From: Phoronis australis
Lineage: Eukaryota > Animalia > Phoronida
Assembly (NCBI GenBank): GCA_002633005.1
Contig: NMRA01000652.1
Coordinates: forward strand, 76,597 to 140,596
Direction: 5' to 3'
Length of the DNA stretch: 64,000 nucleotides
Position 1 is the first letter of the stretch, and each line of letters begins with the position of its first letter. The notes beneath the pieces were generated by a model that was not told the DNA's origin, searched no databases, and worked only from the letters and a program-made list of their open reading frames with translations. A program made the position numbers and the translations under genes. Of the stretch, positions 37,493 to 49,627 are shown piece by piece.

Positions 37493-40400
37493 CTACCCCA
37501 CAACTAATACATACAACCACATGAATACGTGCGCAATGAATCCCACTTCCATCTTGGTTACACTCGACGTAGGCACGGTTGTTTTTTGTGGTATCTCGTA
37601 TTTGCAAATCTCATCGAAATTGCACGTATCCGCAAATTCACCCAATGTCGAAGACAATACGTTGAAATCACATAGCGTTTCACTACATCCGGGATAAAGT
37701 ATTTCTCGTTCGTTGACAAAAACTTTGAACTTGTAATCGCCGCTGCAATTGTAGGCGGCCAACGCCACATTTGATGCCATGGGGATGTTCCTGCTATCCC
37801 TGAATAATCTGTTAGCGTTTTTATCAAAATCCTCCGCCATTAGTGGCTTCGGGTCCTTGAACAGTCTCAGCTTAGTCATGAATGTTGTCACGCCTTTTGA
37901 GTGTGCAAATCTCAGCACAGCTTTGGGCGACAATTTCCCTGGTTGGGTGGCGTTTCTGCAATGAAGCTCAAAGAATTAGTACGGTGGATACGACTGGAAG
38001 GTGTTGAACGTATACCCCCTGCCATACAAGTTTTTTTCTCCACATTTAGCCCCTCGGTAACTAACCAAGCGTGCACTCTCTGTCATACATGCTTCTTTGT
38101 GCTCCTTTAGTCCTTCGGTGACTTCCCGAAAATCTTCGTTGTTCAAAAACCTTTTGAGAATTTAGGGGGCATCAAAAATGTTTGAAGAAATGTTAGGAAT
38201 TACCGTGTGCAAATTACCTTATCCAACCAAAGATGTCCTTCGCCAGTATACACGTTTGTTGGTAGTTGATTTCGTTTCCGTACGCCTTCTCGTAGTAATC
38301 TTCCAAATCATTTAAGTAGTCCAGTACGAGCAGCTCATCACGTGAAAAGGCTGCGCACCACGGGGCGCCGTTACTGTCACGAGGCGTGACGTCATTGTGA
38401 ATGGCGAAGATCCCGTAATCAAACGCACACATACCGTATATGACTTCTAGTTCATCTAAAAGAAGAGTGTAACCTAAGCAATACAGTGTCTGTGGGACAA
38501 TCTTTCGCTTGCTTTACACTCTCAGAATGTTTTACGTGTCTAAAAACAGTAGAACGCCAATAAATATTTTATTATTAGGCCAATGCGCTTGTTTCTCTAC
38601 ATCAATTTGTCAGAAAATAATTATTAAAAACTCACCGAATTTTAACAGCTTTCTGAGGCCCAATCGTTGACTGACATTACGCAAAACTTCCGACACAATG
38701 TCGCTCTTTGTGAATTTGTCGTATTCTACAATTGGTGCATCGTCAACTGTCTGAAAATTATCGTTATAAAGAGAAACAATCACAGTAGTGCAGTTGCTAA
38801 AAAAGAAGATAAAAACTGGGATCTGTCTCTTGAAAAGTGACTTTTAAAAGACTTAAACCAGAAATTTGGTCTTGCATTGTACACAACTATTTCATAAAAA
38901 ATAATTAAATCTCATTTGAGCAAAAGTCAAAGTCTCTGAAAATACATGTATTACCTCTAATCATGAATTATTTATAGGCTTTAATTCGCCCATGATTATT
39001 TGGCTGAACTTTTTTCAACAATTGTAAAGAGGAAGCGAACAATCAAAGTTTCTGTATTAAGTCACAAGTCGTTTTAACGAAACATAACCCAGATATCCAT
39101 TATGTCGTGGGTTTAAGTCCTTCTGGGTCACACAGCTACACCCTTGAGTCAAGTTTTCAGCTCCTCGGTTTTAACTATATATTAATAAAACATAAAAAAA
39201 CGGTTCCAGGTGATGAGCGCAATGGGTCCACATGCGCGGCCTGCGCACGTCTGGTATCACCTGTATCAAACCGCCTGCAGTTATTTTTTCCATTATGTTT
39301 AATCATCAACAAATTAGTTTATTGTGGTTAAGAACATCCAACCAGCTTCTTTTGCTTGCGCAAAAACTCTCCTTGAGTTAGACTAGCATTTAAGAGCATC
39401 CGTCACTACTTATCACAAGACTTGTATGCATCATATCAGCACCGTGAATCCCTGTTAGTCTACAAAAGATTGAAGCAATTTACGACAGCGACATTATTAA
39501 TTATTTGGGTGTCATGGGAGACAACTCTTACCTTGATGTATTTTTCACATGAGTCGTAGAATCTTAAAAGTCTGTCTTCTTGTGAAGGAACGGTTGTCAT
39601 GGTGATGTTCCCAACCAACTGGTCAAATTTTGGATCGGTTATCGCGTAATCTAGAAAAGTCGACAAAACTTCAAAATCCATGAAACAACTTTACGGATCC
39701 GGAAATCTGAAATTATCGAAAGTTTTACACATGTACTTAAAGAGCTTATCACTACGCTTTGAGGCATTTCATTTAACCAAGTTAAGTTCCTTGCATTTTA
39801 CCTTTGCTTGAAGAAAATAGACCCCTGGCGAAATACTCGGCACTTTTTCGTGTCCTCTGTTTATCAGTGTATCGGAAATTAAAGTTCGCTTCACTATAAG
39901 AAGTATTCATGATGTTCGGGAACCGGCTTCTGTACCTGAAAGCTGAAAGATTTGAGGAAGTGTCAACGAAATGTGAAATCGGTTGTTGTCCTGAACTATT
40001 ACTCCGTGTCTGAAATTGCCGGCTGACCTTGAAAACTGCAACTACAACCAGTGGAATAGCGAGGGGGATGAGAGAGGGCATGTGCAAACTGGAGGGGGCG
40101 CCGTCGGACCCCAAAAATAAAAAGTTGGCATAAATAAAAGTTTTCTGAGCTTAGCGGAAAAAAATGATAGCGCACACCCCCCTCCGCACAGGCAGGTTTC
40201 AGGCGAGGGCACTCAGAAGTAGTCATGGGGGCCACAAGTGAACCATGCTCCCTGCCCATTGCAAAAATGTCCACCCCTCGGACAAAACATTTCAATTTAC
40301 TGCAAAGTGCCCTCAGGTCGCCACTCATTTCAGCGTCCCCTACCGGTTCCCAACAAATTCGCCCCCCCCCCCCCACCCGATGAATATTTCTAGCTACGCC

Positions 40401-43400
40401 TGTCAGTGAATGGGGAGGGTACTCGGTACTTCTTATTCAAAGATTGTCTTTTCTCTCGTAAAGACATACCAGGGGGCGCATTGTGGTATTGTTTCCCGGA
40501 TACCAGAAAATCGCTACGCCAGTGTGCAATCGGTGTGCTTGTTTCTGTAAGACTAACTCAACAGCATACACTGTGAAGCTAATAGGCACTAGAAAAAGAC
40601 CCAAATGGATAAATGTCCTTTAATTCTGAGTCATTTTCGGCCAGAAAAGTAATTTTTCAGAAAAGTGCTGCATTGCGGAATCCAGCCCAGTTACAGTATA
40701 ACACCTTGCCGCGAAACGGAGGAGCATTTTAAGCCGACAATTCAATGGTAACGACACCGGTCCCGATTTCAACGAATGTCTGACGCATCAGCCGAAATTA
40801 GCGATTTGTAATGAAATCATTTAATCACAACGGATTTTGTTGTTTTATGGCTCTGGTAAAAGTCAATAGCTTCAAGACGTCCACCCCCTCCACCATGCAT
40901 TTTTGCAGTGAAACTAATAATGTCCCTTAAGGGCGGGTCTCTACGTTGTAAAGGGAAGAGTTTGCTGGCCGAGTCGGCTCACCAAGAACTGACTAAACAC
41001 GTGTCCAGGAAATCGACGACATTTCGTGAGTCCTCGAAAAGTAGTACGACCAAGAACCGCTTTAATTAAATTTATTGAGATTGAAAGCTTTTGAAACTTT
41101 AGGTAAAATGTTACAAGTAAGTGCGCCCCTAAAAGATGTCAGATAAGTTGAACATATCACTTACGAAGAACAGTAGTAGTAGACTTCACTGTGATTCACC
41201 AAGCCTCCGGCCCACAACCACACTAGATTTCAAAAATGTATGCAAAGTCAACATGTACACACTGAGCTTAGACACCCGTTGTTTCATCTCTGACTGACAT
41301 AGCTTTTGATACAAAGTTTGCAAAACTTTTCAAAAGCTGAACAGAGCTGGTGATGAGGAATTTCTCAACTTTCCAACCATTTATATAGGTATACTACAGC
41401 TAATAGGCCTACTCCCCTAAAACGGACGAGTGAGGACATGCGAATAAAAATGAAACCCCGCCTCTTTCTCATCATAGTACAAATGGAACACCTGGTACAT
41501 TGTTTCTTCTCCATATTTCTATTCCAAGACGGTTCGTTGAGCATCTAATATTAGCGAAGACAATTTGCAAAATAAGAATTCTTCCCATAAACTGGTTTTG
41601 AAATTTCTATAAAAATTAACATTTGCTCATAGTATCTACGCATTCCAGCCGCCTCTGTAGATTTACGCCTCTTAGTTTTTGCTTGAACTCTGACAAAAAC
41701 AATGATTCGTCTCCACCCTCTGGGCAAACACGACCAAGTCCAGTTCCAAACAACAGTTTGTTAATTTCCGCACACCAGTTTTTTGACAACTCGTGTCTCT
41801 TTTATATAATATCTTGTAGTACTACTTTGTTAAGCGTTCGTTACCCGTTTTTAACAGTTTTAAAAAGTATTTAATAGGTTTTGAAACATATGATACTGAT
41901 AACTCGTATCGTCCACATTCATCTCTAGCGATGAAATTCGTTGTTTCGTTACAGGTCATTAACAACCATTTGGAAAATTTGTTTTGTGTATTTTCTGTGT
42001 CTTTTCTGTAACTAGTTCCCCATATTTCAGCACCATAAAGTAATATAGGGGCAACCATTGAATCAGAGAGTTTGAAGGCAACTTTTCAATTTCTAGTAGG
42101 TAGTAGGGACACGTCTTCTGCGTATTGTTTTTTATCAGTTGCCAGAACGTATTCGATTCGTTTGATTCACACGATTTTATAACATTTCCACGAGTCTCTT
42201 GTCTGTATTTCCTTTTTAAATTTACACATTTCCTAAAATACTTCTTGATACTGATGTATACGTTCAATAAGGATTCAGTTCTATGCCTTCTGAATGCTTC
42301 TTAAAGCTTACATTTTGTTCTTATCAATGTTTTAGCTCACAATCGAACCATTGACATCCGTCGCCATCTTGTCTCTTACACCGTCTACCTGCTGATGCAG
42401 AACTAAGTCACTAAGGCATTGTTTACATCTCTGTCTAATTCCATGATTATATCATTCACCATGGATACAAAATAATAACTTGAAATGAATTCACTCTTCC
42501 TATATCAACCCGCCATATTATTACAGTCATTGCGCTAATAGGTGCAGAGCATTCTCGCGAATCACTCGCCTTTCTGACTCGCGTGATTTTGCGTGATCTT
42601 GTTTTTTCGTGAGCGAACTTCACTAGGTAGTCGTGTTGGGATCGAACCTCAACTCACCCGCTCACCCATGCTGATGATTTGATTTCTGCCCTCAATGTAG
42701 ACTCATATCAAAGAGGGAGGGTTCTTCATTAAAATCACCTCAGTAAACAGTGAATCCGGTGCCCATATTTCATTCACTGCACAGAACAAGCATTGGTTAA
42801 TTCCCTAGAATACCTATCATTTCATTCACTGCACAGAACAAGCATTGGTTAATTCCCTAGAATGCCTATCATTTCATTTGGCCAGTTTAAGAAAAAAATC
42901 TGATAGGTCTCCATTATTTTATATAACGTTGTGTGAAGTGTTTCAACTACTCGGTGTTCATTGCGGTGAGTAAATTTTAAGCCTGTTTTTATTGTTTGAA
43001 TTATTGCACTGGCTTTCTTTCTTTCTTATAATAGTAATGATAGGCATTTATCATAATCGAAAAACAGTCGATTCTGTAGCTGGATTTCTTCAAAACCGCT
43101 TAATTGTACACGGAAATCGGTAGAAGAACCGCGGATACGCTCGGTGTTGTGGTTACATTTTACAACATGATTGTGTTGACTGCTGAAAGTTTAGGAACTT
43201 AAGTTTCCATTCACATCACTTCCGATTTCCAATTACAATCGATAATGGCGTACTGAACACTGTCCGATCATCAATTATGAAAGTCCACCAAGTTTTCAAC
43301 AAGTATCAGATGGTAATCGATAATATACCGGTACAGCGACAAACAGAACCTAAAACAAACACACAGGAAACCACGGTACTAGCGATCCTATTGGCGAAAT

Positions 43401-46400
43401 GAATGTGCAAATCTCCCACTTAGGCCACATGACATCCGGTCAGAGTTATCTTCACGTATAACCACATTCAGATAAAGGCACGACGTTATTGCCGGGGCAC
43501 CAAAAGCAATGTCAATTCCAGTGCTGTGGTGGGGGGTAGACGCACGTAGGCGCAGCCAACCACCTTTTTGTTTTTTAATGTAGCGCCTACCCACCGTAAA
43601 TTACGGTATAGTGGGGCGTACTTTTGACATGGCACTGCTTAAACCACAGACTTGAGTTGGCAGTTGGAGATGCTGTGGCAGAGGTGACTGGGTGTGGTCA
43701 TTTCAGAGTATTTATGGATAAACTCTATTCACTTTACAGCAGCTCACCCAAAAACCAAGCCGAACTGAAAGCTGCAGCTGCTGATCTTGTGTGTCAGTTT
43801 GTTCGAATAGGTCGCGTGCTTGACGTTCGTTGGGTGGCAAGCAGTTTCAGAACGGTAAAGGCAGTGTGGAGATCATTGAACGCACTACATCAACATTTCG
43901 AGTTAGCCGGTGAAGACAGAAATCGTCATTCAAGTGATCGGAGTATGTTTTTGGGATTACTGCGATACTTGGAAAGTCCCACCTTCATTCAGAATTTTGC
44001 GCTGATGCATGATGTGCTAGAAGAGCTGTCAAGCCTTTCTGTGGATCTACAATGCAGAACCACAACAATACCGCAAGCAGACAAGCTTATTCGTCGGTCT
44101 GTTCGCGTCCTCAAGTCTATGGTTGATAATCCCGGGCAGGCATTCGCCACTGCACTGACATGCATTAAAGAGAAGAGGTTTGGGTCACGGGAACTGAAGG
44201 AAACCCTTAAAGGAACTACCGTGACCATACGCCCTGGTCAATTTATTCAGTGTTGTTGTGAACCTGGAACGGCGTTTACTTGACAATGATGAGCAGTCAT
44301 TTTGCTCTAGTCTGGCCATCTTGGAACCCAAAACGTGGCCGATGGATCCGGGATAAGACAGGGCGAGCACGAAGTCAGGCGTATTTGCGAATGGTTTGGG
44401 ATGGTTGCCACATCGGCAATCAGGGGAATGAGCGAGTTCATAGAAACGGAAGAAACGGTTAGAGTAAACAACCTACCAAGTGCTCTGCTACAACTGGACC
44501 TCTGTATTAAGACTCTTCCTTGCAGTCCAGCTGAATGTGAAAGAGGATTCAGTGAATTGAATCGGATAGTAGCAGACTCTCGCTCTTGTTTGCTATTAGA
44601 AACCACCTCCAGCTTGCTGTTTGGCAAGGTCAATGGTCCCCGCTTTCCATGTTCGACCCACAACCTTATGCCGAAACGTGGATGCGACAATGGAACAGCT
44701 GATAGTTCTCAATCGAGATCATGTGACTTGGAAAAGAACAAAACTGACGATAAAATAAGTTTGTGGAGGATTCTGTAACTAAGCACTCTGTCTTTGTACT
44801 GGTCACTAGTACATAGTATTTTGCTAACATTGAAAAATAAGAACAGTTGCTTGCAAGAAACCCGCACTTCAAGTTTGTGCGTTATACATTATTAACGCAT
44901 GCACGTGTGTGCATTGTACATACTATTTGTTCAGCTCATTAAAATATCAGTGCTTGTGTAACATCGCATTCGTGTAATTAGTCTTTGAAGAGTACGAAGT
45001 AACATAATCTCACCGAGTAATGAAATTTTTTATTGATATTTCAAGATAAAGTAATATTTATTGCGTCACACCATAGGTGGATAAAGGGAGATCGAAGTGC
45101 CCCGAGGACACGCCTCCACGGGCGACTGAAAATCGCCACCAAAAATCATTTCCAGGCGTTACTTTTGCCTTCTAATATGTGTGGTTGGATCCCCTTTCCC
45201 TGACATCCTAGATTAGCTACTACATACTCTAGATACCCACTCATGACTCAAAAATAGGCCTACATTTTTGTGAGTCGGGCAATGCTGTAGTGGGGCGTTG
45301 GTGCATATAGGCGCAGCCAACCACCTTTTGACATTTGAACGTAGCGAATACGCACCGTAAGTTACGTTCAGCGCTCAAGGTTATGCGGTGGGCTCTGGGC
45401 GCCTCTAATTTTATCACTACAGCACTGGTCAATTCACCAGTTATGCTTTCGTCAACTGGACTGCTTCCTGGTCTCGCTTGTAAAGTTTTCTATCTCGATT
45501 TAGAACAATTCTTTGCCGAATTATAGCGGACTCGCGAAATATCATTGATTTCCACGACACGTTTCTTGGCAGTTCTAGACAAAGGTATGAACAATGGGCA
45601 AAGCATGGTACTTACCGATATCAAATAATTCTTTCTTCCCGGTTTCTACTAATTTGTCGCCATCTTTCGATGCCATTCGTAGCTTCCAGTTTTGTATTCC
45701 TGTGACGTCATGCTGGCATAATTCTGGTTACACCAAAAGATTAATCAGAGTTACACTCGCAAGTGGTTATCATGAAGTAATTTAGAGCATTCGATTCTGT
45801 CACATTTTTCCCTCTAAAAAGTTGATGTGTCAATTTGTAACTGAGCTAAGCCAAAACCGAGGAGGCCGGCGGAAGCCTTGCTTTTATCAGCAAAACAAAA
45901 CTCTCCACACTGAAAACAGCCAGTTGCAATATTTTAATACACTAATACAAATTGTGTGTGGTGAGGATTCTTTGTGCGTTGTAACAGTTCTTGAGGAGAG
46001 TGCTAATGGCTGCGTTTCCGTGGTAAATTAAGGCGCCGTTACGTGGTAAGGACTATGCGGCCTACGGGAAAAGGTTCGACAACCACCCCACTTCAAATAA
46101 ATACATTTTGAACCAACAGGGGAAGCTCATTTAAAACGACTTTCATTTCCCGTTTACCTGTCGAATTACCCATGCGATTCCGTATGTCATTCAGCACGTT
46201 GTCCATTTCCAAAATGTCGTCGTCGTCGGGATACCTGGATCCATGGCGATTGAGATGCCATATTACGATTGGCTTACACCCTGAAACGAAACACTATTTT
46301 CAACGTTGATTAAGCGCGCCTGATTTTTACACATTTTATGATTATTTTCACTTGTTAATATGTCATCTTATCCCACGCTAACGGAACGTGCAAATAATGA

Positions 46401-46743
46401 CTACCGGTATCTACTTTCCAAAGCACATGCATGTGATAAACTCTCCGACCATTTTATCGGCTTTCCAAAACACTGGATGACATTCCAAACACTGGCCGTC
46501 AACTTTCAAATATTACTTCTTTATTACCACAGTATTATGATTTAAACTTTCTGTCAATACCGTCTCACTACACTTACCAGCGGTGATTGTTGGGCTCGTG
46601 TCGTTGTCTTTGATGCGAGCTTCGTAGGCTGTTTTTGTTCCGTACCATCTCATAGGATTGAGATCATTCGAATAGCAACTTTGCGACTCCACGGCAATGG
46701 CCGCAACTGACAGTAAATATAGTACTAAGGCGGACAACCACAT
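37493..46743 (-). CDS. MINPP1: Multiple inositol polyphosphate phosphatase 1-like histidine acid phosphatase (clade 2), 8 exons, 490 aa
   Basis: Minus-strand exons 46743-46578, 46280-46158, 45723-45616, 39942-39802, 39650-39532, 38750-38636, 38455-38218, 37955-37493; 1473 nt with consistent phases. Features: signal peptide MWLSALVLYLLSVAAIA, YGTKTAY, catalytic RHGSRYP, QRTRKSA, DRLLRFYDSC, PWCAAFS..LDYLNDLEDYYEKAYG, PMASNV, hydrophobic C-terminus. Confidence 0.92.
41450..42270 (-). mobile_element. Degenerate LINE ORF2 fragments in MINPP1 intron 3
   Basis: VAPILLYGAEIWG...QNKFSKWLL (post-RT thumb region) and, further on, FANIRCSTNRLGIEIWRR. Frameshifted and deleted. Confidence 0.75.
42767..42878. 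repeat. 52-bp tandem duplication
   Basis: ATTTCATTCACTGCACAGAACAAGCATTGGTTAATTCCCTAGAAT(A/G)CCTATC x 2. Confidence 0.9.
43519..45427 (+). mobile_element. Internally deleted hAT DNA transposon with intact ends
   Basis: TIRs CAGTGCTGTGGTG / CACTACAGCACTG and an exact 8-bp TSD GTCAATTC (43511-43518, 45428-45435). Carries a transposase remnant. Confidence 0.92.
43624..44778 (+). pseudogene. hAT transposase C-terminal half (ZNF862/KIAA1586-like lineage), truncated and frameshifted
   Basis: HCLNHRLELAV (CxxH motif), RWVASSFRTV, and PCSPAECERGFS (dimerisation domain with catalytic E). Split across frames near 44250; the N-terminal part is missing. Confidence 0.88.
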
Positions 46744-47079
46744 TGCTTGGAACTCGAACTCAGGTCGAACCAAGTTGAGATTAAATAGTATAGCCTTTTA
46801 ATATTATAGCCCTCAGCAGGAACTAAGCCGTTGCACGTGAAGTATACCAGGGTAGGCCTATTCGAGACTGCATTGGTGGTATCACTCGTGTTTAGCTAAC
46901 GGAGATTGTGTGATCATAGACCAAGAAGCAATAGTCCGGCAGTATGATAACTGATAAATGTATCGCATGAGACTGGCGCCGTGACTGACCTTTGTCACCA
47001 TTGCGTTCATGTACGTTTATATTAGAGAGCTTCAGCTGCTGGTTAAACGCGAACGCAAACGTGTGAGGTCGTCATTCTA

Positions 47080-48456
47080 TATGATGGGCCGTTGGGAGGA
47101 AAGTGTCGCCGGAAAAATACGAGCGTAATTATGTACATTACGCCGTTATTTACGCCATTAATTCTTTACGGCGTAAAGTTACGCTCGTAATTTAGTTTTA
47201 ACTCTTAGCTAACCAATGACCTTCGATTTTACAACTCACGGTCGCGCGCGCTCATGTTAATACTTATTTACTGACAGGTTACATCACAGGCGTCCTCAGC
47301 TTCTGATCGTCCCCAATACACTACATATAATACTACAAGGTAGGACACTTCCGACCAGAAATTCCACGGGTGCTTCACTTCAGCCGTCCATAGCAAACAT
47401 AAAACTCAATAAATTTACACAAAACAGGGGTTCAACAAACCATGAAGAATTGTTCTTNAGAAATTCCACGGGTGCTTCACTTCACCCGTCCATAGCAAAC
47501 ATAAAACTCAATAAATTTACACAAAACAGAGGTTCAACAAACCATGAAGAATTGTTCTTTCTCCCAATACCATTCACGGTGTCCTGTTCCGGCGACTTCG
47601 TAAGAAATTCGCAGTCAAAGAACAAAAATGTTCACAAAAAACCCCCGCGCACGTCCATCGGTTGCCGCTCGAGGTCAAGGACGGTACGAAAATTGCCGGT
47701 GAGTTACGGAAGTACCGACATCGTGACTTTACGCGACCGATGTCGGTACTTCCGTAACTCACCGGCAATTTCCGTACCGTCCTTGACCTCGAGCGGCAAC
47801 CGATGGACGTGCGCGGGGTTTTTTGTGAACATTTTTGTTCTTTGACAGCGAATTTCTTACGAAGTCGCCGGAACAGGACACCGTGAATGGTATTGGGAGA
47901 AAGAACAATTCTTCATGGTTTGTTGAACCTCTGTTTTGTGTAAATTTATTGAGTTTTATGTTTGCTATGGACGGCTGAAGTGAAGCACCCGTGGAATTTC
48001 TGGTCGGAAGTGTCCTACCTTGTAGTATTTATATGTAGTGTATTGGGGACGATCAGAAGCTGAGGACGCCTGTGGGTTACATGTCTACGCTACGAGCGTT
48101 GAATCATGGCGGATCAAATCGCTGCTGCAATGTCAGCGATTGTGCAAGAACGAGCTGCCCAGGAACAGCCGCGTATGTTAGGTTAACACTGATTGGTTTA
48201 AATTTGGAACGTTCTTAAGGTATTTTACGAGCTTAATTTACGGCGACATTTCCCCCATTTAATTTACGGACGTAATTTTACTGCAACACTTTTGCAATTT
48301 TATTTACGTTCGTAATTACGAGCGTAATTTTACGGCAAAAATTTCCTCATTTAATTTACGAGCGTAATTGTACGGCGATACTCCTGCAATTAAATTTACG
48401 CTCGTACTTACGAGCATAATTTTACGGCGACGCTATCTCCTCAACAGCCCACCATA
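47080..48456. mobile_element. Older TIR element with subterminal TTACGAGCGTAA-type repeats, host of the palindrome
   Basis: 47080-47116 (TATGATGGGCCGTTGGGAGGAAAGTGTCGCCGGAAAA) is an imperfect inverse of 48420-48456. Many TTACG(A/G/C) motifs occur at 47117-47195 and 48225-48430. Confidence 0.65.
47285..48074. mobile_element. Near-perfect palindromic (foldback) element with 8-bp TSD
   Basis: Termini CACAGGCG...CGCCTGTG, arms about 337 bp around a 14-nt spacer (47724-47737), TSD GGTTACAT at 47277-47284 and 48075-48082. About 100 bp of the left arm is repeated across the N at 47458. Confidence 0.92.
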
Positions 48457-49627
48457 ATTCTATGCTTACTACATCACAATACTGAACCACTTTTTCGCGT
48501 TTAGGTCTTGTTACACGGACGATAACAACGTGAAGTATGGAATTTCCAAAGCGGAAAAAATTCCAGGACAAATATTTTGTATTCAAGAATTAAATATCTG
48601 CAGGACCAAAAACAACTCAAAATCAGAATGTATCTTGCCAGGTCCTAAATTTATCACGAGAGGACACTATAGGACAGGGCCTCAGAACTAAGGTCATGTT
48701 TTAATAATTCAACGAAACAAGACACGTGCGCTAAGCCACACCTTCTCCCGATAGGCTAGACGACATGCTAAAAAGTTGCATAAAATTGGCCATCTTTTAC
48801 TATAAATCGGCAATAAATATCGATTGTCGAATTTGTCGCGCCACATCATCATTATAACTAACTCCCGTTTAGTCCGTATTCCTGACGATACCGGTTTCCA
48901 GAGGCTTGGTATCAATTTTTCTCTGTTTCGTTAATCGCCAGGCCCAGTATTTTGTCTGATAAAAGGACGCAGACGCCAATTATCTACCACGCTGAATGAA
49001 TACAGGTCCTAGTTTTTCGGAACAAAGCCTTCAAAAATTAAGGGAACGGTCGTTTTTGTTCGAAATGCCCTAAAACGTTGATAATTAAAAAACTAAGACC
49101 TACTTCAAAAATCCCAGACACTAATCCCTCGAAAATGCCGTTATCAACATGTTAACAAAAGACCAATGTGATTGCAGGAAAACAATTTTAAAATCTCTGT
49201 TCAAAGTCGAAAAAGTTTTACTAAAAAACGCTTATCTCGTGAAAAAATGAAACAAGTAAATAAGAACAATAAATTGTGTTAGGAAATTTATTCACCTTTC
49301 AGAAAATATATACATTGTATGAGTTAGACCAAACAGAATTTAAGAAATTTGCACATCTGTACAACCAGGAAAACAAGGTTCACCTAAAAGTATTCAAATT
49401 TGGCATGAATTCAACATATCTCGGAATAGCAGTTGCCACATATTATTGCTAAATGCCCTGATGTATAGCCACTTTGAAGTAAACACTAGAAATCCCTGGA
49501 GTCAATTAGAGTAAAATTAATGAATATTTCATTATACACTGGGATAAATTTGGAAAATTTTCGCCATTCTCAGCAAATGGAAAGAAAACTGGACGGACTG
49601 TGACCATAGACTCACTTTTATCTGGCA

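Noticed and set aside
43624-44778. Domesticated hAT-derived host gene (ZNF862/KIAA1586-like)
   Set aside because: N-terminally truncated, frameshifted and still bounded by TIRs and a TSD, so it is a transposon remnant.
39943-45615. Missing microexon in MINPP1 intron 3
   Set aside because: The apparent frame conflict disappears when the upstream acceptor (exon start 39942) is used.
47450-47845. Mirror-image ORFs on both strands
   Set aside because: A consequence of the palindrome; no recognisable protein motifs.
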